Source: Sminthopsis crassicaudata (Eukaryota). From it: a DNA stretch of 64,000 nucleotides. Every line of letters starts with the position of its first letter. Positions within the stretch are counted from its first letter, which is position 1. The notes under the pieces were generated by a model that was given only the letters and a program-made list of their open reading frames with translations, ran no database searches and had not been told where the DNA came from. The stretch is from contig NC_133623.1 in assembly GCF_048593235.1 (NCBI RefSeq), forward strand, positions 40,416,211-40,480,210, given 5' to 3'. Shown piece after piece: positions 45,701 through 59,515 of this stretch. The translations under genes were made by a program, and so were the position numbers.

Positions 45701-45904
45701 ATAGCAGCTAGCAGCTGTGTGGAGCCCTTCCAAATGCATCTAATAATTCCTGCATTTTGATGCTGTGCTATAGATCTGGAAATTGTTTCTCCTCACTACA
45801 ATGCCTTCTAATTAGATTGCTGAAAACTCCCAGTTCTGTGGAATAGGAGACTATGTATGCTCTTAATGATTGCTCTATTTCTGTTTAGGAGGATTCAGAT
45901 TGGG

Positions 45905-46625
45905 TGCTCCTCTCTCTCCTCCCTCCACCTCCTCTTCCCCTTCCTCTCCTTCTCTGTCCTTTCCCTTTGCCTTTCTTCTCTCCCCTTTCCCTCCTCCTTC
46001 ATTCCTCGTTGATTCTGTCTCTGTATGTGTGTCTCTCTCTGTTTCTGTGTCCCTCTGTCTCTGTCACTTTTTCTTTCTGGCTCTCTGCCCTCTCTCCCTC
46101 CCTTGTCCTTCTCCCACTTCATTTCTTTCTGTTTCTTTCATCTATGTCTCTCCTCCTCTTTCTTTCCCTCCTTTCCTTTCCCTCTTTTCCTTCATTTTTT
46201 CTCTCNNNNNNNNNNNNNNNNNNNNNNNNNNNNNNNNNNNNNNNNNNNNNNNNNNNNNNNNNNNNNNNNNNNNNNNNNNNNNNNNNNNNNNNNNNNNNNN
46301 NNNNNNNNNNNNNNNNNNNNNNNNNNNNNNNNNNNNNNNNNNNNNNNNNNNNNNNNNNNNNNNNNNNNNNNNNNNNNNNNNNNNNNNNNNNNNNNNNNNN
46401 NNNNNNNNNNNNNNNNNNNNNNNNNNNNNNNNNNNNNNNNNNNNNNNNNNNNNNNNNNNNNNNNNNNNNNNNNNNNNNNNNNNNNNNNNNNNNNNNNNNN
46501 NNNNNNNNNNNNNNNNNNNNNNNNNNNNNNNNNNNNNNNNNNNNNNCTCTCCTCCTTCATTTCTCTATGGCTGTTTCTTTGTGCCTCTCTGTCTGTCTCT
46601 ATTTTTTCTCTGGCTCTCCTATGTC
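45905..46625. repeat. CT-rich low-complexity tract spanning an assembly gap
   Basis: Polypyrimidine runs on both sides of the N run. Confidence 0.9.
46206..46546. other. Assembly gap (341 N)
   Basis: Run of N. Confidence 1.
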
Positions 46626-49600
46626 CCTCTCTCTCCATATCCACATCCCCTCTTGCCTAAACAGACTCGGATCCACTCTTAGAGGTTCCTCCCAGAATCT
46701 GTACATCTGTGCAATTCACATTCACCTACCAAGAATTCCCCCTCAGAACCCAACACATGTCTCCACAGATGGGGTTAAATGGCTTCTACATCCTCAGGAA
46801 GTATTCTTGACCACTTTGAGTATTTCAAGATTTGAAGGCACTTAAAGCCTCATGGCTAGTACTAATTATGTCCTCCCCCATTCCCCACAACAACAGACCC
46901 AGACTACTCCTCTTGCCTTTGCTTAGAACTTTCCATCCCTTTTTTTAAGCTTCCGATCTATTCTTTCTCTGAAAAGACAACTCCAGCATAAAGGGTTTTG
47001 CTCTCTCCCTTTTGCTCCTCACCCCATCTCTTCTGCCCTCTGTAAACCCTTGCACTTGCTGTTGCCATCACCCTGGAAGAATGCCAGTCCTCTTGGCCCT
47101 GGGCCATCAGAGAGTCAAAGCTCCTTCTAGACTTGGCTCCACCCCGGGCTTAAAGCATACCCTGTCACTGGCAAGAAATCTGCACTGGCTGGTCACGGCC
47201 CTACCTGTTCCTTGTTGTCTCTGGGCACATCAGGTGCTCTTTGCCCTTCCATTGCTTTGCATTTGTCCAGCTGTTACCGGACCATCACCCTTGTTCGAGG
47301 CAAGCTCTCTGAGATAAAATGGGGGTTGTGGAATGGATTGGGTTTTTTGGGGGGGAGGAAGGAAGAAGAAGAAAGACATCACTCATGGCGGGTGTCACAA
47401 CCTGAACCCGAGTCAGCATCACAGATGTAACCCATCCACCTCTTTAAGCACATTCTTTGCAACAGATCAGGGCATGAAAACTTGAAAACTTGCTTCCTGG
47501 AGAATATTAGCTCTTGATTCCACATTTCTTTATAAGAAAGAAGCTGAAGGTCTCCAGGCCTCTGGGCAGAGGTGACAGCAATATTCTCTTCTTCTCAAGC
47601 TGAGTCTTATCTACAATCCCATAGCAATATTGTAGGGATCTCTAATGGCCAGTGGGCCAAAGGCATTGCCAAGGGGTCAGATCGCCGCCCTAAGAAGCAT
47701 CACCCATGAAACTTCTCTGCTGGTTTAAACCTGGGGAAAGCTGGTACAGCTTCTGCCACTTCTTATTCTTGGCCGGCCGGCCGGCAGCTAATGCCTGTCA
47801 ATACCCAAAGTGTTAACTGTTTAGTTTAATGGTAATGATGATCTCTTGTATTTATGTCCCCTCACAAGTTTCTAACCCTTTTCTTTTTCACAAAAGGAAG
47901 CTGAAGCCCAGACAAGGGAAGGGGTTTGTGTAAAATCACCCATAGGATCATAGATGTACAGCTGGAAGGGATCCAGAGAGCATCTGGTCCACCTCCCTTC
48001 CTCCTTTTATACATAAGGAAACTGTGTCCTAGAGAGGTGAAGTGTCTTGTTACTAAGTTATCGGAGCTCTGGATTGAAACCTAGGACCTCTAACTCAGGG
48101 TGACTCCAGGGCATCACAAATGATTGAAGAAGATGAGATTATAACCCTAAGTATTTTATGTCATTTCTTCCTTCCTAGACTCTGAATAATAATGCTATTC
48201 AAATATTCACACATGTGAATATTTGTTCTCTTTATGGTTCTTGAACTTTCTTGATGTATTTTTTCTCCTTTGGTCCTCACAACAACCCCTGAGGGTCGGT
48301 GGTATTGACCACTACTTTTACAAGCAGGATCGCTTGCGTATGGTCACAAGCTCATAAGTGTCTAAGGCGGGATCATAACCCAAATGTCCCTTCTCCCAAG
48401 CTTAGTGCACTCTCCATTTGTTATCTTGTGGTGCTTTTTAGTTATGAATTAAAACCACCTTGTTGTGCATGGCGCCAAAGTCAGAAGCCTTGTGAATGGC
48501 TGACATCAGATTCCAAACAGGTGAGGTTCCAAACAGGCGTGATTTTACTAGGGGAGGTAGAGTCCGGGTCCTTCACAAGTAACCTTCTGGGGCTCCATTT
48601 CCTCATCTGTCAAGTGACAGAATTGCCCTCTAAGATCCGTCCTCAAACAGATCTCTGAAGTCAAGGGTGCTCAAGAGTTGGTGCCTTTTAAAAAAAGTGT
48701 CTCTTAATAACCCACTTCTCCCTCAGCAAACCCTTTAAGCCTCTGCTTTAATGATCTCATTTGAGATTTAGAGAAAAATTAAATTGTTATGGATCCCCGG
48801 TAGGAAAGGTGAGAAGGTGGGGGCTAGGCAGCATTTGAACTTTATGCCAGATTTCCCCATCACTGGGACAGAGACCACCTAGGGTTCTCTACCTGATGTC
48901 ATTTCCCCGTACTCCAGCATCTCGGTCGGTGGGTGAGATGATTTATTTTATGTCTGTGATTTGTGATGATGTTTATAATTTGGAATCAGGAGGTGGAATT
49001 ATTTCTAAGTGGAGACATGAGCTCATGAGGTCATCTGTGTAAGTGGCCAGTGCTTCAGAGCCAGTCACAATTTTCAGCTTGACTTCCATGCTATCTGTCA
49101 CTTGGTGGCTGGTTATTTATGGCTGTCAGTTAAAGAATGGCCAAAAGTCACCATTGTTCCCCACGACTAACTTCCAGATACATTAGATAATGGATAGGGG
49201 GAGGAGTGAGCTTTTCTCCAAGAGCTGATGTTGTCAGAGGGCAGATAAAGGGTCATTTTCTTTTTTTCCTCCCCATCATCCTTCATCCTGAGTTGTTTGA
49301 GCCTAGGGAGATAGTCACAGCTTCTGAAATTTAAGACTGAATTTTCCTAACTTTGGCAAAGAATAATAGTCTCTGGCAGCACAGATGTTATTATAGAATT
49401 CCATACCATAGGCAGATGGTTTTTGTTGAAAACAAAAATGATGTGGAAGAATCTGGATAATGTCATTTTCAGAAATCCAATGGCCTGGTTAGTGGGGAGA
49501 TTTGTTGGTTTGCAAATAGTCTTCTTCCTCATACCTTGAACAATACCCCCAGGTGACATCTCGATGTCTAATGGGCTACATCCCAAAGGAAGGCAAGGCA

Positions 49601-50342
49601 AATTTTTTCCTTGCAGCTTTTCCTCAGGCATTGGGAATTCGATCTGTTTCCTCTCTGGAGAAGTTGAGTTGTGCTGATCTTGCCTTCATATCCCTGGGCT
49701 CCATTCCATCTTTGGGGAAGTCATTGAGTCAGTCATGTCTGAATTATAGAAACATAAACGCAAATGATTTCCTGTAATGGAGAAGAATACTCCTCCTTGC
49801 ATAATCCACTTATTCTCCTGCTTTTTAGCAGGTTTTCATAGTTTCTGAAGACTTGGCTGGAGAATTTTGCAATTTTTTAGGTACTCCTTATCCAAAAGAG
49901 TCATTTGCACCTCATCAACTGCTCTCATCAAGCCTCAGAGCCACATCTGCTGTGGCTGAGGAATACAAAAAGATGGCCACAAAATCCCAGAGCTGCAGTC
50001 CACCTCAGAGTCTTCCTCTATGCTGAACAAGAATCTACTATCCCAGTATCCCTAAAAAGAGGTCCTCCACCGTCTGCTGGATGACCTCTGGTGAGAGGGA
50101 CCCCATTGCTTCCTGAAGCATTTTACCCTCCTTGGGATAGGCCCAACTGGCTAGGCATTTTGGCCCACATGAAACCTAAATTTGCTTCTCATTATTTTCC
50201 CCATCTAGCATTTAAAAGGATAAATGGGGATGGTGCTTCAGATACTTGTAGACAGCTACCATGTCTCCTCCCATCTGTGAGTCTTCTCTTCTAAATGCTT
50301 AATATGCCAGTGGATCTCTCTGTACTTAATTATCATGTGAGA

Positions 50343-50685
50343 TCTGTGATCTCATCAATTTGGGAATTACTTCACTGATGATTATTGAAATCCATTCATG
50401 CTTACACATCCCATATGACTTGTGTCCATGCCCTTTTAGAAGACTGCTTCAAGGCAGCATTCATCAGATATACTGGAGACCTTCTTTACTTTCTGCTGAA
50501 ATTGTGAGGGTACCCATGGAACCCTCTGTTTGTCTGTCATCCCTCACTCTTTTCAGGAGATCAATCCATGTTCTCTTTCTATCATTCGATTCCTTTATGA
50601 CATCTTTTTGTCATTTTTTTGGGAAATTCTCATTGGTCATATGTTGCAGTCTGCTTATATCCATCTTAAACTATTACCGACCCCT
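50343..50685 (-). mobile_element. RTE LINE 3' fragment
   Basis: tgatctcatcaatttggg...gacttgtgtccatg...actggagacctt...ttgtgagggtacc...tcattggtcatatgttgcagtctgcttat matches the recalled antisense marsupial RTE 3' end. Confidence 0.7.
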
Positions 50686-50784
50686 GTGTGGCAATCATTT
50701 TTAATTTGCAAAGTCTTAACAAAAAAAAAATTAGAAAAGTGGCCACATGTTCAGCTGCTAACGTGATGATCTTGAATTCATTGT

Positions 50785-53030
50785 TTGTCCTGATTCTCCA
50801 CCTCTGAATGCTCTACAGCTTATTAGTGTCCTTTTCAAAATGTGGCGGCCAGAATTGAACACAGTATTTCAAATATGCTTCCACTAGACCAGAATATAAC
50901 ACAACCACCATTGCTTCCACATTTTGGAATATATCATGGTGGTGGTTTTGCTCCATGACCCTTAGATTATATTTGCTCTCTTGTTTCCTATCTCACACTG
51001 CTTTATCATACTGATCTTGGAGTTCATAGGATCCTAGGATCATAAGGCCACAATTTCACAAAGGAAGGGGGAAAACACATGAACTCATTTCTAGCCATGA
51101 CTCTACCAGCTTCATCTTATCCTTGAGCTTTTGAACTCCAGTGCATCCTTTTAGTCGATTCAACATTTAGTCTCTTGGGATATTTTTGCTCACCTGCTGT
51201 CAGTTCTCCCTCTTAGCCATGTGTCAGCCATAACTGTGATGGACGAGACACCTTTGATTGATTAAAAAATATCATCGACAAAACAATTCTGTAACATAGG
51301 GTCATAAATGGATCCCGAAACTCCAGTAGAAGCCTCCTCCGAGCTAATGTTGGGGAAAACCACTTTTAATGGGCAGTTCTTCAAAAGCAGAATGGACTAC
51401 TCTAGGAGGTAATGTGTTCGTCCTCATCTGAGTCCTTCAGACAAAGGTTGGGGAGTCCCTTGATGAGGCACGTGGTTGACTAGATGGCAGCTGTAGCCCT
51501 TTCACACTCTGAGATTCCACGATTCAGTAAAGCATTATTGACTACTCTTTAGGTATTGATTTCATTAGATGGCCATTCAGCCATCTAACAGTGCTATCGT
51601 GTTGCCCATATATCTTCATCTCATTTCCCAGGATAAAATGAAAGACTTAATCACAGGCTTTGCTGAAGAGTATCCCATGTCCACAATATTTGTCTGATCT
51701 ACCAGCAAGGAACTCTATTAAAATATGTAATTGAGGTTACTCAGGCAAGCCATCCTGGCTCTTTTATTACTTTTTTGTTTTTTTTTCTGAGGCATTTGGG
51801 ATTAAGTGACTTGCCCAGGGTCACACAGCTAGGAAGTATGAAGTGTTGTCTGAGGTCAGCTTTGAACTCAGGTCTTCCTGATTTCCGGGCTGGTGTTCTA
51901 TTCACCGTGCCACCTAGCTGCCCTTCATCACTTCCTTTTTCTTAACCATTTATTTATTACTATATTCTCGAATTTTGCCAGAAGTCAAAGTGAAGGTCAT
52001 TGGCTAGATTATAAATTTACCTATTGTCCGTCTCCCTTTCCTCTCTTTCCCTCCCTCTCAGTCTCAAATTGAGATATTTGTTTTCCTCAAGTTTCATGCC
52101 ACCTTTCCCATGATTGACAATGTTTCAAATTACACTACGTCCCTATAATCATCGCTGCTACTTCTTTCAGTACCGTAGGATGTCATTCATCCGGACTTTT
52201 TGACTGGAGCTCATAAATTCTAAGTATGTACTACTGGCACCCTCTTCCCATATAGCTTGGCTTTTCATTTTATCTTAACCTTTTCTGCTTTTGCCTTTTC
52301 AGTCAAAGATCCATTCCCTGCCAGAGAAAACATAGGCAAAGTAAGGCTTGACTAGAGGAGCCTTTTTTATATTACCTGTTACTATCACTCTCCTGAACCC
52401 AAGCAGCCGTCATCCCTTCCTTATATCTTTTCTTTTCTGCAGAGAAGTAAATAATAAAAGTCCTCTTTTGTTATGCTTCAAATTTATTCGAGCCTTTTTT
52501 CATTCTGAGCTTTAGCACTATATATATACTGTCTTTAAAATCCCTCATCATATAGATGGATTCGTATTTCCTTCCCTGCTTTGTTTTCTCTCATTTTTGT
52601 GTCTTTTTAAGAAAACCCAGTTGCCAGGTGAGTTTCCTGTGCATCCACATCTCTTCCCCCTTTCCCTCTTCACCGGGATGGTTTTCTCTCATGTCGGAAG
52701 CCTTTCATTTTTGAGAGTTTCTCCATCTCTCCTGAGTTTACTTCCCCTCTATAATCTTCATACCTGGATTCCTACATGTCCTTCTTCTAAATTCTTTGAA
52801 ATCTGCTCTCCCCAGATGTGAGGGTGTGCTATGGTGTGCGGCATCGTCTTCCCTGCTCTCACAGATTCTCAGGTGAAGTGGCTTCCATCCCTTAGGATCC
52901 CATCATTTCTACTTTAGCGGCCAGTTTTTCCTTGCTGGTGATAAACAGAGACAGAACAGCAAATTTCTCACTACTTACCATATAATTTAAATCATGAAAT
53001 CATTGTTAAGGAAGGTCTGGTTGTTATTAT
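50785..53030 (-). mobile_element. Long L3/CR1 ORF2 fossil (RT to endonuclease region) with nested insertions
   Basis: aaaatgtggcggccagaattgaacacagtatttcaaatatg, gactt...ggctttgctgaag, tctttcagtacc...ggatgtcattcatccggac and ttctttgaaatctgctctccc are characteristic antisense L3 blocks. Confidence 0.75.
51761..51924 (-). mobile_element. WSINE1-like SINE inserted in L3
   Basis: T-tail followed by tgaggcatttgggattaagtgacttgcccagggtcacacagctaggaagt...tttgaactcaggtcttcctga...gtgccacctagctgccc. Confidence 0.9.
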
Positions 53031-53043
53031 CTGAGAGGGACAG

Positions 53044-53293
53044 AGAAAAGGAGGAGGAGGAAGAAGAGAAAAAGGAGAAGAAAGAGGAGGAGGAGGAGAA
53101 AGAGGAAAAGAAAGAGGAGGAAGAAGAGAAGAAAGAGGAGGAGTAAAAAGAGGAGGAGGAGGAGGAGAAAAAAGAGGAAGAGAAGAAAGAGGATGAGAAG
53201 GAAGAGGAAGAGGAAAAGAAAGAGGAGGAGGAAGAAAAGAAAGGAGGAGGAGAAGAAAGAGGAGGAGGAGAAGGAAGAGGAGGAGGAGGAAGA
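53044..53293. repeat. (GAG/GAA)-rich polypurine repeat
   Basis: About 250 nt, almost entirely A/G. Confidence 0.95.
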
Positions 53294-54553
53294 TGTGGAG
53301 CATACTTTGTCAGCTATTTGGATTATTGAAGTCTCCCAACACCTCAGGCCATTGATCAGTTTCTGAACTCCCCTTTCTGTCTCCCTTGCTCTGATGACTA
53401 TCATTTCCACTTGTTTATCTTCACCTGCACATTGTCCTCATCCAGGCTGAATTTCCTTGCCTCAGTGTCTCCATCTTCCCAGTGTACAATGCTACCTTCT
53501 CCTCCATCCTTTCCTTCTTTCCCTATCATTCCCTTCTGAATAAGTTGTGCCCTCCACAGCTGTATTTCTATAAAGCAGCCAGAAGTTCCATTCCACCAAG
53601 TTTCAGTGCTACTTGTTAGATTAAATTTGCATTAGGATTTTGAGCAGGAAGGGAGATAAGCAGCTCTTAAGTCCAACGCTCTGGTTTTGCAGCGGAGCCA
53701 AGCGGTGCCCCCTAGAATCAAAGCTCGTATTTCTCCAGGCTTTCAAGGCTTTTCTTACAATTTTTTTTGGATGGCAGATTATCATGGAAGCACTTTAACA
53801 CTCCTTTTGTAGCTGAGGAGACTGAAGCTCTTCTAAATGAACTTTATGTTCTAAACAAACCCGTCTTCTTTCTATGCTTTTCAATATGCCCTTTGCTCTC
53901 TTGCTTCAAACATTTGCTTCCACTGTTTCCTTCCCAACTCCCAGATTCCTACTCATCTTCTAGCCACCTGTTCCAGACATCTTAACTTATCTCCATACTT
54001 GGTAACAACCTGCCTCCTTGGACTTCTCATAGCCCCTACTAATGAGTTCATGAACTGGGTTTGTGATTCTGTTGGCATAAAGAGCTCCCAAATGAAGAAA
54101 ATCCAAGTCTCTAATGACCGAGAATTTTCTATAAACTCTACATCTCTTTGACTGCCTGACATATCTGGTAGATGGTTAATTATTGTTTGTTTCTTTTGGC
54201 AAGACAGCTGGGCTCAAGTGTCTTGCCAGAGTCATACAGGTAGTGTTAAGTGTCTGAGGCCAGATTTGAGCCCACGTCATCCTGGCTCCAGGGCTGGTGT
54301 TTTATCCACTCTGCCATTTGGATGCTCCCTTAATCATTGTTAATTGAATAAATGAATGGTGAAGTTAGTGGATCCCATTACACAATGAAAAAAAAAAAAG
54401 AACCTGGATTCAAATCCAGCCTGATTTTCTGGCTCCAAAGCCATGGAGAGAACAATGATCCTTGCCCATGGATGCAACCCTTAGTGTGTCTTATAGGTAT
54501 CTGGATAGGGACATAAAATTGATAGGCCAGGTAGTATTTGAAAATACAGACTG

Positions 54554-54712
54554 GTAGGGCAGCTAGGGAATGCTATAATGGATAGAGCACTGGCTCTGAA
54601 ATCACAAGGACCCGGGTTCAAATCCATCCTCAGGCAATTAACACTTACTAGCTGAATGCCCCTAGGCATTTGTTATTTGTCCCCAATTGCCTCACAAAAA
54701 AAGAAAAGAAAA
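54554..54712 (+). mobile_element. WSINE1-like SINE with target-site duplication
   Basis: gggcagctaggg...gggttcaaatcc...aacacttactagctg...ccccaattgcctcac plus an A-rich tail. TSD gaaaata(c/t)agactg at 54540-54553 and 54713-54726 (13 of 14 matching). Confidence 0.85.
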
Positions 54713-57208
54713 GAAAATATAGACTGTCAGAGAGAGAGGACTGTTAAGACAGAATGTGACATACAGTATAAGACATGGTCACTCTAGTATTCATGTGTTA
54801 CTTAATGGTTTTTCATTGTTACAAGCACAGACTAAATGTAGAAAAGAGGGAGAGTTCCCCTCCTTCTGCATCCCCCCAGAAATGACTGAAATGTCAAGAC
54901 AAAGGCTAAAAATAAAACACTCTTTTAAAAGAATTGAGTGTCAGATGTGGAAGGTGCCCGAAGGGATCCATCCAGTCAATCTTTTGACTTTTCTAGATGA
55001 GGAAATTGAGAAGCAGAGGCAGCAAGTAACTTCACTACAATCCCACAATGGGTTGCTTAGGGTCCCGATCCCATGAGAGCCTAGATATAGAACTAGATGG
55101 GATGCCAGAAGCCCTCCAGTCCCATTTTCTCATTTTACGGCAGAGATCACTGGAGCTCAGGGAATTTGATTATCTTGTCCAAGGTCCTATAGGAAGTAAA
55201 TAGCCAAGCAGGAATTTTGTCTCCAAATCTGATGCTCTTTCCACATTCTCTAGTGCATGGACTAAAACAGAGATCTCCCGATATCAATCTGATAACATTT
55301 TGTCTTCTTGATTTCACTTCACTTGACCTGTGAACAAAACCTCATTTCTCTTTTAAAGACATTGAGCCAGTCATGTTCAGATGAAACAAGTTGATGTTTT
55401 TTTAAACGATCTTTTAACATTTTTCATTAATGAACTCATTTACTGATTTTTACATTCTGCATATCCATAACATTGGATTAAGCCATTCCCCTACCATTCC
55501 CTCATTCAATATTTCCTCTCGAGAGGCCATCATGCAACAATTCCCTACTAGAATAGCAGGAAATTAGGCTGTGACTTCAAGCATTTAATTATAAGTGAAA
55601 ATGGAAGAAAATAACAACAATAGCTGACATTTCTATAATGTTTTTTTGTAGTGCAAATTAACCTCCATATATTACTTAATTTGTTCAGCCAGCCAGCCCT
55701 ATAAGCTGATGTTAGGAGGATTTTTTCCCACCACTTTTACAGTGTAGTACTGTGAAAAGATCAGGTAAATCTACTCTTCATGCATGGAAATCTGGCTGTA
55801 TGACCCTGAGCAAGTCACTTGTCTTATCAAGCCCTCCCATTCCTCAACTGGAAAATGAAAGGGTCGGACTCCTTTTCCTCCTCCAGATCTAAGATCCTAT
55901 AATTCAGGGCTTTGGAATTAATTCATTCTATTTTTCTACCAAATTAACTTTTTTCAATTGAATTAACTTCTTTTTAGTAGTACCAATGGGCCAATTGTGT
56001 CTTCTTTCTTAAATTTAAATAGCGCTTTTGTTACAAAACATTCTGTGTCCGTGAACTCACATGATTCCCAAAAACAACTCTAAGGGAGAAGTAGAAGACG
56101 TACCATTGTCTCCATTTTACAGATTTTGAAATTGGGATTCAGCGATGCAGTAAATTGGACAAGATTATACAACTGACTGGTGCTCTTGCCAGGAACTGAG
56201 AATATTCTTTAGACGCTAACCTCCCGGGCTCTTTGAAGTCTACCCCATTGCCTCTCTATTGAAAGTAAATTATTTTAACTACTCTTTGAAATGCTAATGA
56301 ACTGAAAAAATTTACCCTTTAAGGTTTTGCAATTTATCCTCCTTTTTGAGTTGGCTGAAGTGATGATGATAACAACAATAATAATGTACTCGCTCATAGA
56401 TCCATAGAACTTATCTCCTCTGATATTCATCAGTATCTTGTAGATGCTGTTACTGGCCTCCTTTTATGTATGATAAAGGTCAAGTTCAAAGGGGTTATAT
56501 ATTTGGCCAGTATTACATAACTGCTAAGTGTCAGAGTTGGGACTGAGATCTACCTTATTCCTGAGTTCTAGCTACCAGACCACACTGTCTCTCATGACGC
56601 TGGTATGTTACGCCTCAAAGGGCAATAAACTGGAGACACTGAAGCACTTTTCTCCCTCCTTCTACTCTCTTCCTTACTCCATGTGTGCACTAAGTTGCGT
56701 CTACAAGATGTCTCAATCTTGATCTTTAATAAAATGTGTCTAGAATTGTTTCAGACCTTGAAATGTTTGTGACTGGCTCACACAGACTGCTGGTTCTAGA
56801 GATAAGAACACCTGGATTTAAAGCCAGCTTCTATGTGATCTTTGGCAATTCACTTAACTTCTACCTGCCTTAGTTTCTTTATTTGCTGAATGGGGATAAT
56901 TATAGCACTTTCCTCTCAAGGTTGTCATGAGGACCAACTGAGTTGAGAATAGTAAAGCACTTACTTAGCACAGTGCTAGGCACATAGGAGATGTTTAATT
57001 AATGCTTATTCCTCTCTTCCTTACTCCTCCCCTTTGCTTAGTCACCCAGGAGATGATCAGGAACAACATTTGTATAGTGTTTTCCAATTACAGCATTCTT
57101 TCACATATATGCTCTTATGCAATTATCATAACATGCCTTTGAGTTAGGTCTTCCAAGTCTTGTTCTCCCTATGTTATGGATGAGGAAACTAAAGGTGAAC
57201 ATTTAGAT

Positions 57209-57463
57209 CAGGGCTTCTTCAACTTTTGCTACTCTTGACCCTTTTTGCCCAAGAAATTTTACATGACTCCGATAGATAGATAGATAGACAGACAGACATA
57301 TATATGTATGTGTATATATATATGTATATATAGTTAGAATTATAGTTAGATAAAATAGGTATATAAATCCAATATTTACTGATTATAAATCATCATTTTG
57401 TAACCCTCATATTTAGTTACGAAGCCCCATACAGGGTCATGACTTACACTTTAAGAAGCTGGG
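57209..57463. mobile_element. hAT-Charlie-type MITE containing (GATA)/(TA) microsatellite
   Basis: Ends cagggcttcttcaactt / actttaagaagctggg, with 8-bp TSD atttagat / atttagag. Confidence 0.8.
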
Positions 57464-59310
57464 ATTTAGAGGACCTATCCAACATCATACAGCTAGGAAA
57501 ACATAGCACTGGGATTCAAACCTAGAGCTTTCTGTTTCAGGATCCAGAAGAAGCAGTGTAGTGCAATTCTGACTTCCAGAATACAAACCTGGGAGAAATC
57601 ATTGACATCTTTAAAAGTCAGCATGATTTAGAGCAAAGAGTTTTGTATGTGAGAGTCAGAGGCCTCGGTATAGAGTACAGAACTCTTGCTGACTAGGGAT
57701 AAGGAGCTCTTCATCTCTCTGGGGGACCCTTTCCCCACCCTCAAAAAATGGGAGTTGGATTCTGATTTCTAAGGTCCCTTATGTGCTTTAAATTCCCAAA
57801 TCCGGTTTTATGACTGCAAATGAATCAGTCCTTTAGTTTTGAAAGAGCCACAATTTCCTCAGTGTAAGTAGTCTTTCTATAAAGGCAGTTAGTTGCTCTC
57901 TCTGCCTTTATAGTCAGTTGGGGACTTGATTTGGTTAAATAATTCATCACCTGTGTGTCCAAAGTCTCGGTGATGAGAATCAAGTTAATAATCAGAAATA
58001 TATAGCATCTTTCACCAGGAACTAATGTGAACTTAAATAATCTTAGGCACTTCTTTTTATAAAAATATTTTCTCGATGCTCTCTAAAACTTTCTGTCATT
58101 TCCCAATGACTCTATCCTCTTATAACAGAGAAGTATAGTCATCCTAAAGAAATCGACTCATTGGCCATGTCTAATAACACATATCCATTGTGTACCTATG
58201 GTCTCCCATCTCTCCTGCCACAAGGTGGGAGGCTCAAAATACTTTTCAGAATAACGAAATCATTGGTCTCCAATTGGTACCAGAAGGAATGTGGAAAGGG
58301 AGCTGGTGTTTGCTTCATCCCTGCGGTGCAAGGTTATTTCTGGATCCACCTGTGCTCCGGTGCATCTCTAATCACCTTGTGCCTATTATTTTGACTCTCG
58401 CTCTTAATAGCTTATTTGAAAACACATGGAAGGATGTAATTTTCTTTGCCTGCTTGGTTTCCTAAAGAGGTACAAGTCACTGAGTTTTTATAATTGGTGT
58501 TAATGGGGATTGGGAGTCCTATTGGTAGCCTAGTGCTTTCCCCAAGGAGTGGTCTGTTATGGACATCTGAGCAATGATTTTAATTGGCTCCATTCAGAAC
58601 CGCTGACTGAGCAATTCGTGTCCACATCACTACTTTGTGACTTGCTTGGCAACCTTTGGCTGGCTGAGTGGTGCAGTATCTGTGGAACAGCTGCAGACAG
58701 AGGGCCAGGGCCCCTTTATAACCCAGGCTAGTCGGTCCAGATGTTTTTCTGCTTTGAAACTTGACCTTGGAAGACATACAGCTTCTTGTGCTCTTTGTAA
58801 TGTACAGAAATGGAAAAGGACCATGGTCTTTCTTGGAAGGGGGTGGTGGAGAGGAGACATGAAAAATGTCTGGAGATAGGAGAAGCAACGCGACCTTCTA
58901 TGATTACCTCTGTCATTCCATGCAGTTTGTTCAAAATGGTCACCCCAAATTTTGCATAACAATTATTTTTCTTAATTTGGAATTTTTCCACAGCACCATG
59001 GACAGTGCTCCATTCACAGTAGTTGTACAGTGAATCCTTTTTAAGTTTAATTGAATAACTAATCGTAGGCTCATAAGTGTAGAGATTGAAAACACCTTGG
59101 AGGCTATCTAGTCCAATTGCTTCATTTTATAGACCAAGAAACTGAAGCCCATGTCAATGTTCTGGTGGTTACATACCCATCACATCCTTTTTCTTTATCA
59201 CCTCCTTGAGGGACCAGTTGCATTTCTACCAGTTCTCCTTGTAATTCTTGACATCTATTGGCACTTTGAGGCTCCTAGTGTATCCACCTCTTGGTTTTAA
59301 TATCACAGAC

Positions 59311-59515
59311 CAGAGGTAACAAACTTGCATGTAACATTCAATTCCCCCCACCCCTGCAACCTGAATCGTATTAAAACAACTGGTAAAAATGTAAACAAAA
59401 TAAATAAAAATGCAATAAAACATTGATACATCAATATGTCGCCCACAGGGATCATTATGTGCACTTTAATGGAACCGTTTCTCCTGAGTCTGCCATGCTG
59501 ATTTTGACAGCTTTC
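59311..59515 (+). mobile_element. hAT-type MITE, same family and orientation as 30748-30933 but more decayed
   Basis: Ends cagaggtaacaaac / ttttgacagctttc. It shares the internal attaaaa...aaaataaat...ggg(g/a)tc(c/a)ttatgt pattern. No intact TSD. Confidence 0.65.

Noticed and set aside
45870-46845. 270-313 aa ORFs
   Set aside because: Artefacts of the CT-rich tract plus the N gap.
48200-48225. 11-bp perfect inverted repeat caaatattcac-acat-gtgaatatttg
   Set aside because: It is AT-rich, and roughly one such hairpin is not surprising in a window this size. There is no miRNA-length stem.
52992-53410. Poly-Leu/Phe/Ser/Pro ORFs
   Set aside because: Translations of the GAG/GAA repeat.
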